Below are positions 28,611 through 38,498 of a stretch of 64,000 bases of DNA, piece after piece. The notes beneath the pieces were generated by a model, which was given only the letters and a program-made list of their open reading frames with translations, searched no databases and had not been told where the DNA came from. Origin of the DNA: Acidimicrobiia bacterium (lineage in GTDB: Bacteria; Actinomycetota; Acidimicrobiia; IMCC26256; JACDBD01); assembly GCA_035316025.1 (NCBI GenBank), contig DATFXL010000053.1, positions 1,748 to 65,747 of the forward strand. The letters are read 5' to 3'. Each line of letters opens with the position of its first letter. Position 1 is the stretch's first letter. The translations under genes and the position numbers were made by a program.

Positions 28611-31600
28611 GTGTTCCTCAAGTCGCTGAGCCTGCGGGGCTTCAAGTCCTTCGCCGACAAGACCCTGCTCCAGTTCGAGCCCGGGGTGACTGTGGTCGTG
28701 GGGCCGAACGGGTCGGGCAAGTCGAACCTTGTCGATGCGGTGGCGTGGGTTCTGGGCGCCCAGGGCCCGCGGACCCTGCGGGGCGGCCGAATGGACGACG
28801 TCATCTTCGCCGGGACGCCGGAGCGCTCGGCTTTGGGGCGCGCCGAGGTGTCGCTCACCATCGATAACACCGCCCACCTCCTGCCGATCGAGTTCTCGGA
28901 AGTGACGATTACCCGCACCCTCTTCCGCGACGGCGATTCCGAGTACCAGCTCAACGGGGTCACGTGCCGTCTCCTCGACATCCAGGAGCTGCTCTCGGAT
29001 ACCGGCATCGGGCGCCAGCAGCACGTCATCGTCGGGCAGGGGCAGCTGGACGAGGTGCTCACCGCGCAAGCGAGCGATCGCCGGGCCGTCATCGAGGAGG
29101 CGGCCGGCGTGCTCAAGTTCCGCAAGCGCCGCGAGCGCGCCGAACGGCGGCTCGAGGCCACGGAGGGCAACCTGCTCCGCCTCAACGACCTGGTGCGCGA
29201 GGTCGCCCGTCAGCTCCGGCCGCTCGAGAAGCAGGCCGACGCCGCCCGCCGCTACGGCGGCGTCGAAGCCGAGCTCCGGGCGATCCGCCTGTACCTGGCC
29301 GGTCACGAGATCGCGGGCCGGCAAGCTCGGCTCGAGCGCTTGCACGACGCCCACAACGAGAACGCGGAGAAGGAGCGGCTCGTGCGCGCCCGCCTGCGCG
29401 AGCTGGATCGTGACGTGCTCGACATCGAGCACTCGCTCACCGCGCTCGGTCGCGACGACGCTGCCGATGCGCTCGTGCGCGCCGAGACCCTCCGCGAGCG
29501 CGGCCGGGGCCTGCGGGCGCTGCTGGTCGAGAAGCAGCGCGGCCTCGAGCGCGAGCTCACCTCTGCCGCTGACGAGGGCGTGATCGAGACCCTCGTTGCC
29601 GACGCCGCCTCCCTGCGGCGCGAGCTCGCCGAGGTCGACGACGAGTCGAGCGCGCTGGAGCCGAAGCTCGCCGACGTCGAGGCGGCCGAGGAGCAGCTGG
29701 CTGCGGAACAGGCGACGCAGGCGGCCGGCGACGGCGGCAACGAGGACGGCGTTCCCGCCGCCGAGGACCATCTCGCCACCGCCGACGAGCGTTGGCGCGA
29801 GGCCGAGGCCGACGCCGCGCGCCGCCGCGCGCGCGTCGAGACGCTGGAGCTCGCGCTGAGCGCAGCGCGCGCGGGCGCCGGCGCCGAGGCGCTCGCCGAC
29901 GTCGACGGCGTCGCCGGTCCGCTCGCCGACCACATCGAGATCGAGAGCGGGACGGAGACCGCGGTCGCCGTCGGCCTCGGCGAGGCCCTGCAGGCCGTCG
30001 TCCTCGAAGGCGGCGACGCTGCTCGCCGGGCCGTCGAACGCGTGAAGGCGGGTGACGCCCGCGCGCTCGTGCTCGTCGCCGCCGCGCGTCCGGCCGCTGT
30101 CGCCAGCCCACCCTCGGTGCCCACCGGCGCCCGTCCGCTGGCCGACTGCGTACGGGCGCGCCGCCCCGACCTCGACGGAGTGCTCGCGCGACTGCTGGCG
30201 GGCGTCCTGCTCGTCGAGGGCGGATGGCGCGACGCCCTCGACGGCGCGCTCGCGCATCCAGACGTGGTCGTCGTCACCCGCGACGGCGATCGGCTGGGCG
30301 GCGCGGCACCGTGGCGGATCGGCGGCGCGTCGGCACCCACGGTGACCCAGGCCGCGCTCGACGAGGCCGCCGCCGATGCCGCCGGGGCCGAAACGGCCCG
30401 CGCCGCCAGCGAGGCGGCGCGGGCGGAAGCGGCCGCCCACCTCGACGTGGTCCGCTCGCGCTACCGCGACGCCCGAGCCGCGCGCGCCGCGGCCGCGGCC
30501 GACGTCGAGCGCCGCGCGAACGAGGTCGCCAAGATGCGACGCGAGCTCGAGATGCGCGTTGCCGCGCTTGCCGAGCGCTGGGCCGTGCTGACTCGCCGGC
30601 TCGAAGGCGTCGACGCCCGGCTCTCGAGCCGCGACGCGAGCGAGCAAGCCGTGGCCGAGGCGCGGCGGGCGTCGTTGGCCCGGCGCGAGCGCGCGTACGG
30701 CGAGATCGAGCAACGCTTGACGTCGTCTCTGGCCCAGGTCGACGCCGTCCACGACCGGTTGCGCGAACGCCGGCGCCGCCAGTCGGAGGCGGTCCGCTCG
30801 TCGGGAGAGCGCCTCGACGCGTTGCGAGCGGAGCGGGCCACCCTCGAGGAGGAGAGTGCCGAGGCACGCGAGAAACTCAACCGGGCCGAGATCGACGAAG
30901 CCGAGACCGGCATGCGGCTCGACAACGCCATCGAGAAGCTGCGGGCCGACTTCGACTGCGAGCCGGCGGTGGCGCTCGACGCGCCGCAACCGGAAGTACC
31001 GGAGGGGACGACCCTCGCCGGCCGGGCACGCGAGCTCGAACGCGAGTTGCGGATGCTGGGGCCGATCAACCCGCTCGCGTTGCAGGAGCACAACGCGCTG
31101 GCGGAACGGCACGCGTTCCTCCAGCAACAGCTCGACGACGTGAAGGAGAGCAGGCGGGAGCTCACGCGCGTCATCCGCGCGGTCGACCGTGAGATCGTCA
31201 CCGTGTTCCAGACCGCTTTCGACGACGTCAGCGAGCACTTCACGGCCCTGTTCGCGACCCTGTTCCCCGGCGGATCCGGTCGCGTGTCCCTCACCGACCC
31301 CGACGACGTCCTCAACACCGGCATCGAGATCGACGCGCGCCCGTCGGGCAAGAACGTGCGGCGCCTGTCGCTGCTGTCGGGCGGCGAACGTTCGCTGACC
31401 GCGCTCGCGTTCCTGTTCGCCGTGTTCCGTGCCCGGCCGTCACCCTTCTATCTGCTCGACGAGGTCGAGGCCGCGCTCGACGACGTGAACCTGCATCGAT
31501 TCCTCGATCTCGTCGACGAGTTCCGCAACGAGGCACAGCTCGTGATCGTCACGCACCAGAAGCGGACAATGGAAGCAGGCGACGTGCTGTACGGCGTCTC

Positions 31601-31682
31601 GATGCCGCCGGGTGGTTCGAGCAAGGTCGTCAGTCAGCGGGTCGAGGAAGCCATCCGGAACGCGGAGCCGGCGCCCGCCTGA
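28611..31682 (+). CDS. smc: chromosome segregation protein SMC
   Basis: Inner GTG 28611, with AAAGGAGAG upstream. The N-terminal head is FKSFADKT..GPNGSGKSNLVDA. A hinge sits around residues 480-600. C-terminal motifs are LSGGERSLTALAFLFA and YLLDEVEAALD. Confidence 0.9.
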   Translation: MFLKSLSLRGFKSFADKTLLQFEPGVTVVVGPNGSGKSNLVDAVAWVLGAQGPRTLRGGRMDDVIFAGTPERSALGRAEVSLTIDNTAHLLPIEFSEVTITRTLFRDGDSEYQLNGVTCRLLDIQELLSDTGIGRQQHVIVGQGQLDEVLTAQASDRRAVIEEAAGVLKFRKRRERAERRLEATEGNLLRLNDLVREVARQLRPLEKQADAARRYGGVEAELRAIRLYLAGHEIAGRQARLERLHDAHNENAEKERLVRARLRELDRDVLDIEHSLTALGRDDAADALVRAETLRERGRGLRALLVEKQRGLERELTSAADEGVIETLVADAASLRRELAEVDDESSALEPKLADVEAAEEQLAAEQATQAAGDGGNEDGVPAAEDHLATADERWREAEADAARRRARVETLELALSAARAGAGAEALADVDGVAGPLADHIEIESGTETAVAVGLGEALQAVVLEGGDAARRAVERVKAGDARALVLVAAARPAAVASPPSVPTGARPLADCVRARRPDLDGVLARLLAGVLLVEGGWRDALDGALAHPDVVVVTRDGDRLGGAAPWRIGGASAPTVTQAALDEAAADAAGAETARAASEAARAEAAAHLDVVRSRYRDARAARAAAAADVERRANEVAKMRRELEMRVAALAERWAVLTRRLEGVDARLSSRDASEQAVAEARRASLARRERAYGEIEQRLTSSLAQVDAVHDRLRERRRRQSEAVRSSGERLDALRAERATLEEESAEAREKLNRAEIDEAETGMRLDNAIEKLRADFDCEPAVALDAPQPEVPEGTTLAGRARELERELRMLGPINPLALQEHNALAERHAFLQQQLDDVKESRRELTRVIRAVDREIVTVFQTAFDDVSEHFTALFATLFPGGSGRVSLTDPDDVLNTGIEIDARPSGKNVRRLSLLSGGERSLTALAFLFAVFRARPSPFYLLDEVEAALDDVNLHRFLDLVDEFRNEAQLVIVTHQKRTMEAGDVLYGVSMPPGGSSKVVSQRVEEAIRNAEPAPA

Positions 31683-31727
31683 CCCGAGGCGGATCCGCCG
31701 CTCGGCCGGCGGTAGGTTCGCCCGGAC

Positions 31728-32732
31728 ATGTCACCTCTCGCCCTGTTGCCGGCGGCGGCGTCCCTGCCGTTTCAGGCGAGCCCGGAGACCGAAGCGTGCG
31801 GGCCGCGCGGTGAGCGGTCGTGGTTGTGCTCGACGGTGTTCCGCGTCACCGACAACCAGCGCGCGTCCGAGATCGTCGACGCGTTCGCGAAGCCGCTGCG
31901 CATCGTGCTCATCCTGCTCGCGGCGTGGATCGTCACTCATCTCGTCGGTCGTCTCATCCGGCGCATCCTGTCGACGCCGACGAAGCGCAAGCCGAATGCC
32001 AGCAACGCGAAGAAGTCGCCGTTCGGGTTCATCGACACCAGTGGCGTGCAGAGCGCCCGACGTGCGCAACGGGCGAAGACGATGGCGGACGTGCTGGGCC
32101 GTCTCGCCAACGCCACCATCTGGGGGATTGCGGTGCTCGTCGTTCTCGGCGAGATCGGGATCAACCTCGCGCCGCTCATCGCCGGGGCCGGCGTGCTCGG
32201 CATCGCACTCGGCTTCGGCGCTCAGAGCCTCGTTCGAGACTTCCTCTCGGGGTTCTTCATGCTCGTCGAGGACCAGTTCGGTGTCGGTGACGTGATCGAC
32301 GTCGGCGGCGCGGTCGGCGGATCCGATGGCGTCAGTGGCACCGTCGAGGGCGTGAGCCTGCGGACGACGCGCCTGCGGGACGTCGAGGGCGTCGTCTGGC
32401 ACGTCCCCAACGGCGAGATCAAACGGGTCGGGAACAAGTCGCAGCAGTGGTCGCGCGCCCTGCTCGACATCGAGGTCGATCGCGACACCGACATCCCGAA
32501 GGCCATCGAGGTGATCAAGACCACCGCCGACTCGATGTGGCACGCGGACGGCTGGCGTGACTCGATTCTCTCCGAGCCGGACGTGTGGGGGCTCGAGGAG
32601 CTCGGGGCCCAGAGCATGAAGATCCGCCTCGTCGTCCAGACTCTTCCGCTCGAACAGTGGCGCGTCGCCCGAGAGCTCCGCGCCCGCATCAAAGCCGCCC
32701 TCGACGCGGCCGGCATCGAGACGCCGCGCTGA
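31728..32732 (+). CDS. mechanosensitive ion channel family protein (MscS-like)
   Basis: 334 aa. The MscS core reads GAGVLGIALGFGAQSLVRDFLSGFFMLVEDQFGVGDVI, followed by a beta-domain. Confidence 0.8.
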   Translation: MSPLALLPAAASLPFQASPETEACGPRGERSWLCSTVFRVTDNQRASEIVDAFAKPLRIVLILLAAWIVTHLVGRLIRRILSTPTKRKPNASNAKKSPFGFIDTSGVQSARRAQRAKTMADVLGRLANATIWGIAVLVVLGEIGINLAPLIAGAGVLGIALGFGAQSLVRDFLSGFFMLVEDQFGVGDVIDVGGAVGGSDGVSGTVEGVSLRTTRLRDVEGVVWHVPNGEIKRVGNKSQQWSRALLDIEVDRDTDIPKAIEVIKTTADSMWHADGWRDSILSEPDVWGLEELGAQSMKIRLVVQTLPLEQWRVARELRARIKAALDAAGIETPR

Positions 32733-32845
32733 GACGTCACGGAACCACGCCGCGAGCCGCCCCTGCCGCCGACGAGCGTCCTTCGGGCGACGCCGAGGGT
32801 GACCGGTAGGCTCCGCCCGCCCCTCCACCTACCGCCGAGCTCCTC

Positions 32846-33931
32846 ATGTCGCCGACGCTCGCCGCCGTCCTGCTCATCGGAATCTTCGTGCTCGCCGCCG
32901 CGCTCATCTGGCTCGGGCTCGGTCTGGCGCGCCGAGCCAAGCGGCGGGACGAAGCGGCGCCGCCGCTCGAGGCCGACCGGGCGGCACGGGCGCCGACCGT
33001 CGTCGCGGCGCCGTCGGAGGTCGCGGCACCGCCGGCGCCGGGGCTGCGCGATCGGCTGGGCAAGACCCGCGCCGCCCTCGCCCGGTCGCTCGGCGGGCTC
33101 ACCGGTCGACGCACGATCGACGACGAAGCATGGGACAGCGTCGAGGAGGCGCTGCTCGTCGCCGACGTCGGCGTGGCCACGACGTCCCGGCTCCTCGAGG
33201 AGCTCCGGGCGCGCGCCGCCACGGAGCGGGTCGAGGATCCCGAGCAGCTCGTCGCGCTCCTGCGTGCCCAACTCGTCGAGGATCTCGCGGGACGGGACCG
33301 GTCTCTGCACCACGCCGCGGGTGGGCCGACGGTGTGGCTGTTCGTGGGCGTGAACGGCACCGGCAAGACGACGACCATCGCCAAGCTCGCCCGGCGGGAG
33401 ATCGACGCCGGCCATCCCGCACTCCTCGCGGCGGCGGACACGTTCCGTGCGGCGGCCGCCGATCAGCTCGCCCTCTGGGGTGGACGGGTCGGAGCCGACG
33501 TCGTCCGCGGCCAGGAGGGCGCCGACCCCAGTTCGGTCGTCTTCGACGCCGTCGACGCCGCCGGCGGGCGGGGCGCCGGCGTCGTCCTCGTCGACACCGC
33601 CGGCCGCATGCACACCAAGGTCAACCTGATGGAGGAGCTCAAGAAGATCCGCCGGATCGCGGAGCGCCGACCCGGCGCGCTCCAGGAGGTTCTCCTCGTC
33701 ATCGACGCCTCCACCGGGCAGAACGGCCTGACGCAGGCGCGCCAGTTCGCCGACGCCGTCGACGTGACCGGCGTCGTCCTGACCAAGCTCGACGGCACTG
33801 CCAAGGGCGGCATCGTCCTCGCCATCGAGGCCGACCTGGGCATCCCGGTGAAGCTCATCGGCGTCGGCGAGGCGCCCGAGGATCTCGTCCCCTTCGACCC
33901 CGAGGACTTCACCACCGCGTTGTTCGCCTAG
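32846..33931 (+). CDS. ftsY: signal recognition particle receptor FtsY (N-terminal transmembrane anchor)
   Basis: 361 aa. After an N-terminal hydrophobic helix comes the NG domain: GVNGTGKTTTIAKLA, DTAGR and TKLDGTAKGG. Confidence 0.9.
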   Translation: MSPTLAAVLLIGIFVLAAALIWLGLGLARRAKRRDEAAPPLEADRAARAPTVVAAPSEVAAPPAPGLRDRLGKTRAALARSLGGLTGRRTIDDEAWDSVEEALLVADVGVATTSRLLEELRARAATERVEDPEQLVALLRAQLVEDLAGRDRSLHHAAGGPTVWLFVGVNGTGKTTTIAKLARREIDAGHPALLAAADTFRAAAADQLALWGGRVGADVVRGQEGADPSSVVFDAVDAAGGRGAGVVLVDTAGRMHTKVNLMEELKKIRRIAERRPGALQEVLLVIDASTGQNGLTQARQFADAVDVTGVVLTKLDGTAKGGIVLAIEADLGIPVKLIGVGEAPEDLVPFDPEDFTTALFA

Positions 33932-34002
33932 CGTTGTCGCCGCGGAGGCGTCGGCTTTGCCGACCGCCGGAGCAAAGCTGGAGCTTCAGCGCCAGGAGAG
34001 CA

Positions 34003-35316
34003 ATGTTCGACTCCCTCGCAGACCGGTTCGAAGGCATCTTCCATCGCTTGCGCGGCCGCGGCCGTCTGAGCGACAAGGACATCGACGAGGTCGCGCGCGA
34101 GATCCGCGTCGCTCTGCTCGAAGCCGACGTGAACGTGACGGTGGTGAAGTCGTTCATCAACCGCGTCAAGGAGCGCGCCCGCGGCGCTGAGGTGGCCAGG
34201 AGCCTGAGCCCGGCCCAGCAGGTCATCAAGATCGTCCACGAGGAGCTCGTCACGACCCTCGGCGGCGAGACGGGCAAGCTCGCCATGAGCTCGAAGCCGC
34301 CGACGGTCGTGATGCTCGTCGGCCTCCAGGGCTCCGGGAAGACGACTGCCGCCGGCAAGCTCGCCCGCCATCTCGTTGCCGATGGGCGCAAGCCGTTGCT
34401 CGTCGCCGCCGACCTGCAGCGCCCGGCGGCGGTGGAGCAGCTCCGGGTGCTGGGCGAGCGCATCCAGGTGCCGGTGTTCTCGGAGCCGACGGACCCCGTG
34501 AAGGTGGCACGGGGCGCGCTGAAAGAGGCCGATCGCACCGGTCGCAACGTCGTCGTGCTCGACACCGCGGGCCGCTTGCAGATCGACGACGCGCTGATGG
34601 GAGAGCTGCGCCGAGTCCGTGACAAGGTCGGGCCCCACGACACGTTGCTCGTCGTGGACGCCATGACCGGCCAGGAAGCCGTCAACGTGGCGGAGGCGTT
34701 CGACCGGGCGATCGGACTCGACGGTGTGATCCTCACCAAGATCGACGGCGACGCACGCGGCGGCGCCGCGCTGTCGGTCAAGGAGGTCGTGGGCAAGCCG
34801 ATCCTGTTCGCAGGCACCGGCGAGAAGCTCGACGACTTCGAGCCGTTCCACCCCGACCGCATGGCGAGCCGAATCCTCGGCATGGGCGACGTCCTCACGC
34901 TCATCGAAAAGGCCGAGGCCGCGTTCGACGAGCAAGAGGCGGCCAAGGCGGAGAAGAAGCTCCGCAAGGGCCAGTTCACCCTCGAGGACTTTCTCGACCA
35001 GATGCAACAGGTGCGCAAGATGGGATCGCTCCAGAACCTCGTCGGGATGATGCCGGGCCTGCCCAAGGAGGCGCGTCAGGCCGAGGTCGACGAGTCGCAA
35101 CTCGGTCGCATCGAGGCGATCATCCGTTCCATGACCGCCGAGGAGCGGCGCAACCCTACGATCATCAACGGCTCGCGGCGCCTCCGGATCGCACGGGGTA
35201 GTGGCACGACCACGCAGGACGTCAACGGCATGCTCAAGCAGTTCAAGATGGTCCAGCAGATGATGCGATCGATGAGTAAGGGCAAGATGCCGCGGCTCCC
35301 GGTACCGGGCCCGTGA
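34003..35316 (+). CDS. ffh: signal recognition particle protein Ffh
   Basis: Inner ATG 34003 of track ORF 33130..35316, with GGAGAG upstream. The sequence reads MFDSLADRF.., GLQGSGKTTAAGKLA, DTAGR and TKIDGDARGG, with a Met-rich M domain. Confidence 0.92.
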   Translation: MFDSLADRFEGIFHRLRGRGRLSDKDIDEVAREIRVALLEADVNVTVVKSFINRVKERARGAEVARSLSPAQQVIKIVHEELVTTLGGETGKLAMSSKPPTVVMLVGLQGSGKTTAAGKLARHLVADGRKPLLVAADLQRPAAVEQLRVLGERIQVPVFSEPTDPVKVARGALKEADRTGRNVVVLDTAGRLQIDDALMGELRRVRDKVGPHDTLLVVDAMTGQEAVNVAEAFDRAIGLDGVILTKIDGDARGGAALSVKEVVGKPILFAGTGEKLDDFEPFHPDRMASRILGMGDVLTLIEKAEAAFDEQEAAKAEKKLRKGQFTLEDFLDQMQQVRKMGSLQNLVGMMPGLPKEARQAEVDESQLGRIEAIIRSMTAEERRNPTIINGSRRLRIARGSGTTTQDVNGMLKQFKMVQQMMRSMSKGKMPRLPVPGP

Positions 35317-35385
35317 GTCGCTAGCCTGGTGCGTCCTACGGGCGTCGCCCGGCGCCCGGTCCCGACCTCGAGAGGAACGCCGCAC

Positions 35386-35838
35386 GTGTCCGTGAAGATC
35401 CGCCTGATGCGGATGGGCAAGACGAAGCAGCCGACGTACCGCGTCGTCGTCGCCGATTCCCGCTCCCCCCGCGACGGCCGCAACATCGAGACGATCGGCC
35501 ACTACGGCCCCCGCCAGGATCCGTCGCTCGTCGACATCAACGGGGAGAAGGCGCTGGCCTGGCTGCGCAAGGGTGCGCAGCCCACCGAGCAGGTCCAGAA
35601 GCTGCTGATGGCCACGGGTGTATGGGCGCAGTTCGAGTCCGAGAAGGGCGGCCCTGTCGACACGAAGCTCGCCCGCCGCCGTCTCGGCGATCCGAAGGTC
35701 GCGGCGAAGAAGGCCACGAAGGAAGCCGAGGAGGCTGAGCCCGAAGTCGGGACGACGCAGCCCGAGGCCACCGCCGACACCGAACCGCCCGCGGACGCCG
35801 GCGCCGACGACACCAGCGAAGAGTCGACCCATGAGTGA
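35386..35838 (+). CDS. rpsP: 30S ribosomal protein S16 (with C-terminal charged extension)
   Basis: Inner GTG 35386, with GAGAGGAA upstream. The sequence is (M)[31 protein letters not shown]. Confidence 0.9.
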   Translation: MSVKIRLMRMGKTKQPTYRVVVADSRSPRDGRNIETIGHYGPRQDPSLVDINGEKALAWLRKGAQPTEQVQKLLMATGVWAQFESEKGGPVDTKLARRRLGDPKVAAKKATKEAEEAEPEVGTTQPEATADTEPPADAGADDTSEESTHE

Positions 35839-36175
35839 CGAGTTCGACGAGCGCCCCGACGTGATCGACGACGACCTCGACGACGAAGACGACGAGTACG
35901 ACGACGAGATCGCACCAGAGGGGAATCGGATCCTCGGCGCTCGCGCCCGTGCCGTCGTCGAGCACGTGACCCGCCACGTCGCCGAAGAGCCCGAGGCCGT
36001 CGAGATCGACGTGACCGAGCGCCGCGACGACGTGCAGCTCCTGATCCACGCCAGCCCCGCCGATATGGGCCGTCTGATCGGCAAGCGCGGCCGCGTCATC
36101 CAGGCGCTCCGGCAGGTCGTGCGCGCCGCTGGTGCCGGCGAGGGCATCAAGGCCAACGTCGACGTCGTCGAGTAG
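35831..36175 (+). CDS. KH-domain RNA-binding protein (YlqC/Rv2908c-like) with acidic N-terminal extension
   Basis: Inner ATG 35831 of track ORF 35618..36175, with an 8-nt overlap with rpsP. The KH GxxG motif reads [15 protein letters not shown]. It occupies the conserved position between rpsP and rimM. Confidence 0.75.
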   Translation: MSDEFDERPDVIDDDLDDEDDEYDDEIAPEGNRILGARARAVVEHVTRHVAEEPEAVEIDVTERRDDVQLLIHASPADMGRLIGKRGRVIQALRQVVRAAGAGEGIKANVDVVE

Positions 36176-36182
36176 GCGGCCC

Positions 36183-36665
36183 TTGGGCGCGGCTGAACTC
36201 GAGCTCGGTCGGGTCGGTCGCCCCCACGGCGTCCGGGGCGAGGTCGTCCTCACGCTGCACACCGACCGGCCTGAGCGCACCGCACCCGGCGCCGTGTTCC
36301 ACGTGGGAGATCGCACGCTCGTCCTTGCGAGCGCGCGTCCGCACCAGGGCCGATGGCTCGTCCGCTTCGAAGGCGTCACCGATCGCGACGCCGCCGAAGA
36401 GCTGCGGGGCGCCACCCTGGTCGGCGAGCCACTCGACGATCCGGGAGAGGGCCGCATCTGGGTCCACGAGCTCGTCGGCGACGAGGTACGCGATGTGCAC
36501 GGACACGCGCTGGGCCACGTGCTCGAGGTCGAGGTCAACCCGGCACACGACATTCTCGTTCTCGAGGATGGCGTGCTCGTCCCGATGGTGTTCGTCGTCG
36601 ATCGTCGACCGGGTGTGCTCGTCATCGACCCGCCCGAGGGCCTGCTCGACCTCGACCGCACCTGA
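36183..36665 (+). CDS. rimM: 16S rRNA processing protein RimM
   Basis: Frame of track ORF 36132..36665. LGRVGRPHGVRGEV is the RimM N-terminal signature. I placed the start at TTG 36183; GTG 36132 is an alternative that would overlap the KH gene by 44 nt. Confidence 0.8.
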   Translation: MGAAELELGRVGRPHGVRGEVVLTLHTDRPERTAPGAVFHVGDRTLVLASARPHQGRWLVRFEGVTDRDAAEELRGATLVGEPLDDPGEGRIWVHELVGDEVRDVHGHALGHVLEVEVNPAHDILVLEDGVLVPMVFVVDRRPGVLVIDPPEGLLDLDRT

Positions 36666-36672
36666 TCACGGC

Positions 36673-37404
36673 ATGCGCGTCGACGTTTTCACGATCCTTC
36701 CGGCATACTTCGAGGGACCGTTGCGCACCTCGCTGCTGGGTCGCGCACGCGAGCGCGGGTTGATCGACGTGCGCGTGCACGATCCCCGGGCCCACGCCAC
36801 CGACGCGCACCGCAGCGTGGACGACACGCCGTTCGGCGGCGGCCCCGGCATGGTGATGAGGCCCGAACCGCTGTTTGCGGCCGTCGAGGCCGTCGCTCCG
36901 CCGCGTCCGCTGTTGTTGCTCTCCGCGGCGGGGCGACCGTTCGACCAGCCGACGGCGGAACGGCTCGCGCAACGCGACGGATTCTCGTTGCTCTGCGGAC
37001 GGTACGAGGGCGTCGACCAGCGCGTCGCCGACCACCTCTGCGACGACGAGATCTCGGTCGGCGACTACGTCCTCGCCGGTGGCGAGGCCGGCGCGCTGGT
37101 GATCGTCGAGGCTGTCGCCCGCCTCGTCGCGGGGGTCATGGGCAACACCGAGTCGAGCGTGGACGAGTCCTTCGGCACGGGGCTGCTCGAATACCCGCAG
37201 TACACGCGCCCGGCCGACTTCCGGGGCTGGCCCGTGCCGGAGGCGTTGCGGTCGGGCGACCACACCCGGATCGCGCGCTGGCGGCGGGCCCAGGCGCTGC
37301 GTCGGACGCTGCAGCGGCGGCCCGACCTGCTCGGCCCCCGCGCCCTGACGGCCGAGGAGCGCCGGCTCCTCGACGAGTTCCCCGAAGGACACCCCGACCA
37401 GTAG
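36673..37404 (+). CDS. trmD: tRNA (guanine37-N1)-methyltransferase TrmD
   Basis: Inner ATG 36673 of track ORF 36325..37404. The sequence reads [52 protein letters not shown]. Confidence 0.9.
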   Translation: MRVDVFTILPAYFEGPLRTSLLGRARERGLIDVRVHDPRAHATDAHRSVDDTPFGGGPGMVMRPEPLFAAVEAVAPPRPLLLLSAAGRPFDQPTAERLAQRDGFSLLCGRYEGVDQRVADHLCDDEISVGDYVLAGGEAGALVIVEAVARLVAGVMGNTESSVDESFGTGLLEYPQYTRPADFRGWPVPEALRSGDHTRIARWRRAQALRRTLQRRPDLLGPRALTAEERRLLDEFPEGHPDQ

Positions 37405-37448
37405 CATCTGGGTCCCGCCCCGAGACCACCCCCTCGAGAAGGCGAGCG

Positions 37449-37793
37449 ATGAACGCAACCGATCTCGTCGATCGCGCCAATCTACGTGCGGACATTCCGG
37501 ACTTCGCGCCCGGCGACACCCTCAAGGTGCACGTTCGCGTCGTCGAGGGGAACCGCGAACGGGTGCAGGTCTTCCAGGGGGCGGTGATCCGGCGCAAGGG
37601 CAGCGGCGCCCGCGAGACGTTCACCGTGCGCAAGGTCAGCTTCGGTGTGGGCGTCGAGCGGACCTTCCCGGTGCACTCGCCGATCATCGCCCGCATCGAG
37701 GTCGTGAGTCGGGGGGACGTGCGCCGGGCGAAGCTCTACTACTTGCGCGACCGGATCGGGAAGGCGGCGAAGATCAGGGAGCGGCGGGCCTGA
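37449..37793 (+). CDS. rplS: 50S ribosomal protein L19
   Basis: 114 aa reading [50 protein letters not shown]. Confidence 0.92.
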   Translation: MNATDLVDRANLRADIPDFAPGDTLKVHVRVVEGNRERVQVFQGAVIRRKGSGARETFTVRKVSFGVGVERTFPVHSPIIARIEVVSRGDVRRAKLYYLRDRIGKAAKIRERRA

Positions 37794-37818
37794 GCCCGCG
37801 ACGCTGGCGGGAGAAACC

Positions 37819-38112
37819 GTGAGCGCCGAGGACCTCGAGCGGTACGAGACCGAGATCGAGCTCCAGCTCTACAAGGAGTACCGCGACGTCCTGCCGATGT
37901 TCCAGTACGTCGTCGAGACCGAGCGACGTTTCTACCTCACCAACGACGTCAAGATGGACGTCAAGAACGAGCAGGGCCGCGTCTACTTCGAGCTGAACCT
38001 TCAGGACGCGTGGGTGTGGGACATGTATCGCCCCGCTCGCTTCGTGGCCAACGTGCGGGTCGTGACGTTCAAGGACGTCAATGTCGAGGAGCTGGCCGGC
38101 AAGGACCTGTAG
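37819..38112 (+). CDS. DUF2469 domain-containing protein (Rv2901c-like, actinobacterial)
   Basis: 97 aa. MSAEDLERYETEIELQLYKEYRDV..YVVETERRFYLTN closely follows the conserved actinobacterial DUF2469 N-terminus. Confidence 0.75.
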   Translation: MSAEDLERYETEIELQLYKEYRDVLPMFQYVVETERRFYLTNDVKMDVKNEQGRVYFELNLQDAWVWDMYRPARFVANVRVVTFKDVNVEELAGKDL

Positions 38113-38114
38113 CG

Positions 38115-38498
38115 GTGCCCGGCGCGGGCCCGCGCCGGCGGGTCGACCCTCGCCGCCGACTGGGAGTCGCCGGCGAGGACGCGGTGGTGCGGTGGTACGA
38201 GCACGCCGGCTACGAGGTCCTCGATCGGAACTGGCGCTGCCGAGACGGTGAGCTCGACCTCGTGGTGATCAGGGGAGACACACTCGTGTTCTGCGAGGTG
38301 AAGACGCGCGCCAGCTCGAGGTTCGGCGCGCCATTCGAGGCTGTCACGACGACCAAACAACGTCGCGTGCGCAACCTCGCCCTGCGCTGGCTCGCCCAGC
38401 ACGACGTGCACCGCCGCACATTGCGCTTCGACGTCGCGTCGGTCACTCGTACCGCCGCCGACGAGCTCGCGGTCGAAGTCCTCGAAGGCGCGTTCTAG
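38115..38498 (+). CDS. YraN family (UPF0102) endonuclease-like protein
   Basis: Inner GTG 38115 of track ORF 38010..38498. The sequence reads GEDAVVRWYEHAGYEVLDRNWRCRDGELDLV..LVFCEVKTR. Confidence 0.75.
   Translation: MPGAGPRRRVDPRRRLGVAGEDAVVRWYEHAGYEVLDRNWRCRDGELDLVVIRGDTLVFCEVKTRASSRFGAPFEAVTTTKQRRVRNLALRWLAQHDVHRRTLRFDVASVTRTAADELAVEVLEGAF

Noticed and set aside
28065-31238. A very long antisense ORF (1,057 aa) opposite smc. Similar giants occur at 19677..22862 (opposite yloV/recG), 33928..36156, 9835..11379, 1483..3009, 54081..55985 and 39498..41360.
   Set aside because: These are typical high-GC shadow ORFs. Their products are Arg/Pro/Gly/Ala-rich low-complexity sequences with no recognisable motifs. 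Each lies antisense to a gene with unmistakable family signatures and proper third-position GC bias.
33130-34002. A 291-codon extension upstream of ffh (track ORF 33130..35316).
   Set aside because: It overlaps ftsY out of frame and is Arg/Gly-rich. Ffh starts with the canonical MFDSLADRF at ATG 34003, behind a GGAGAG RBS. The same logic was applied to the other track ORFs whose starts I trimmed.
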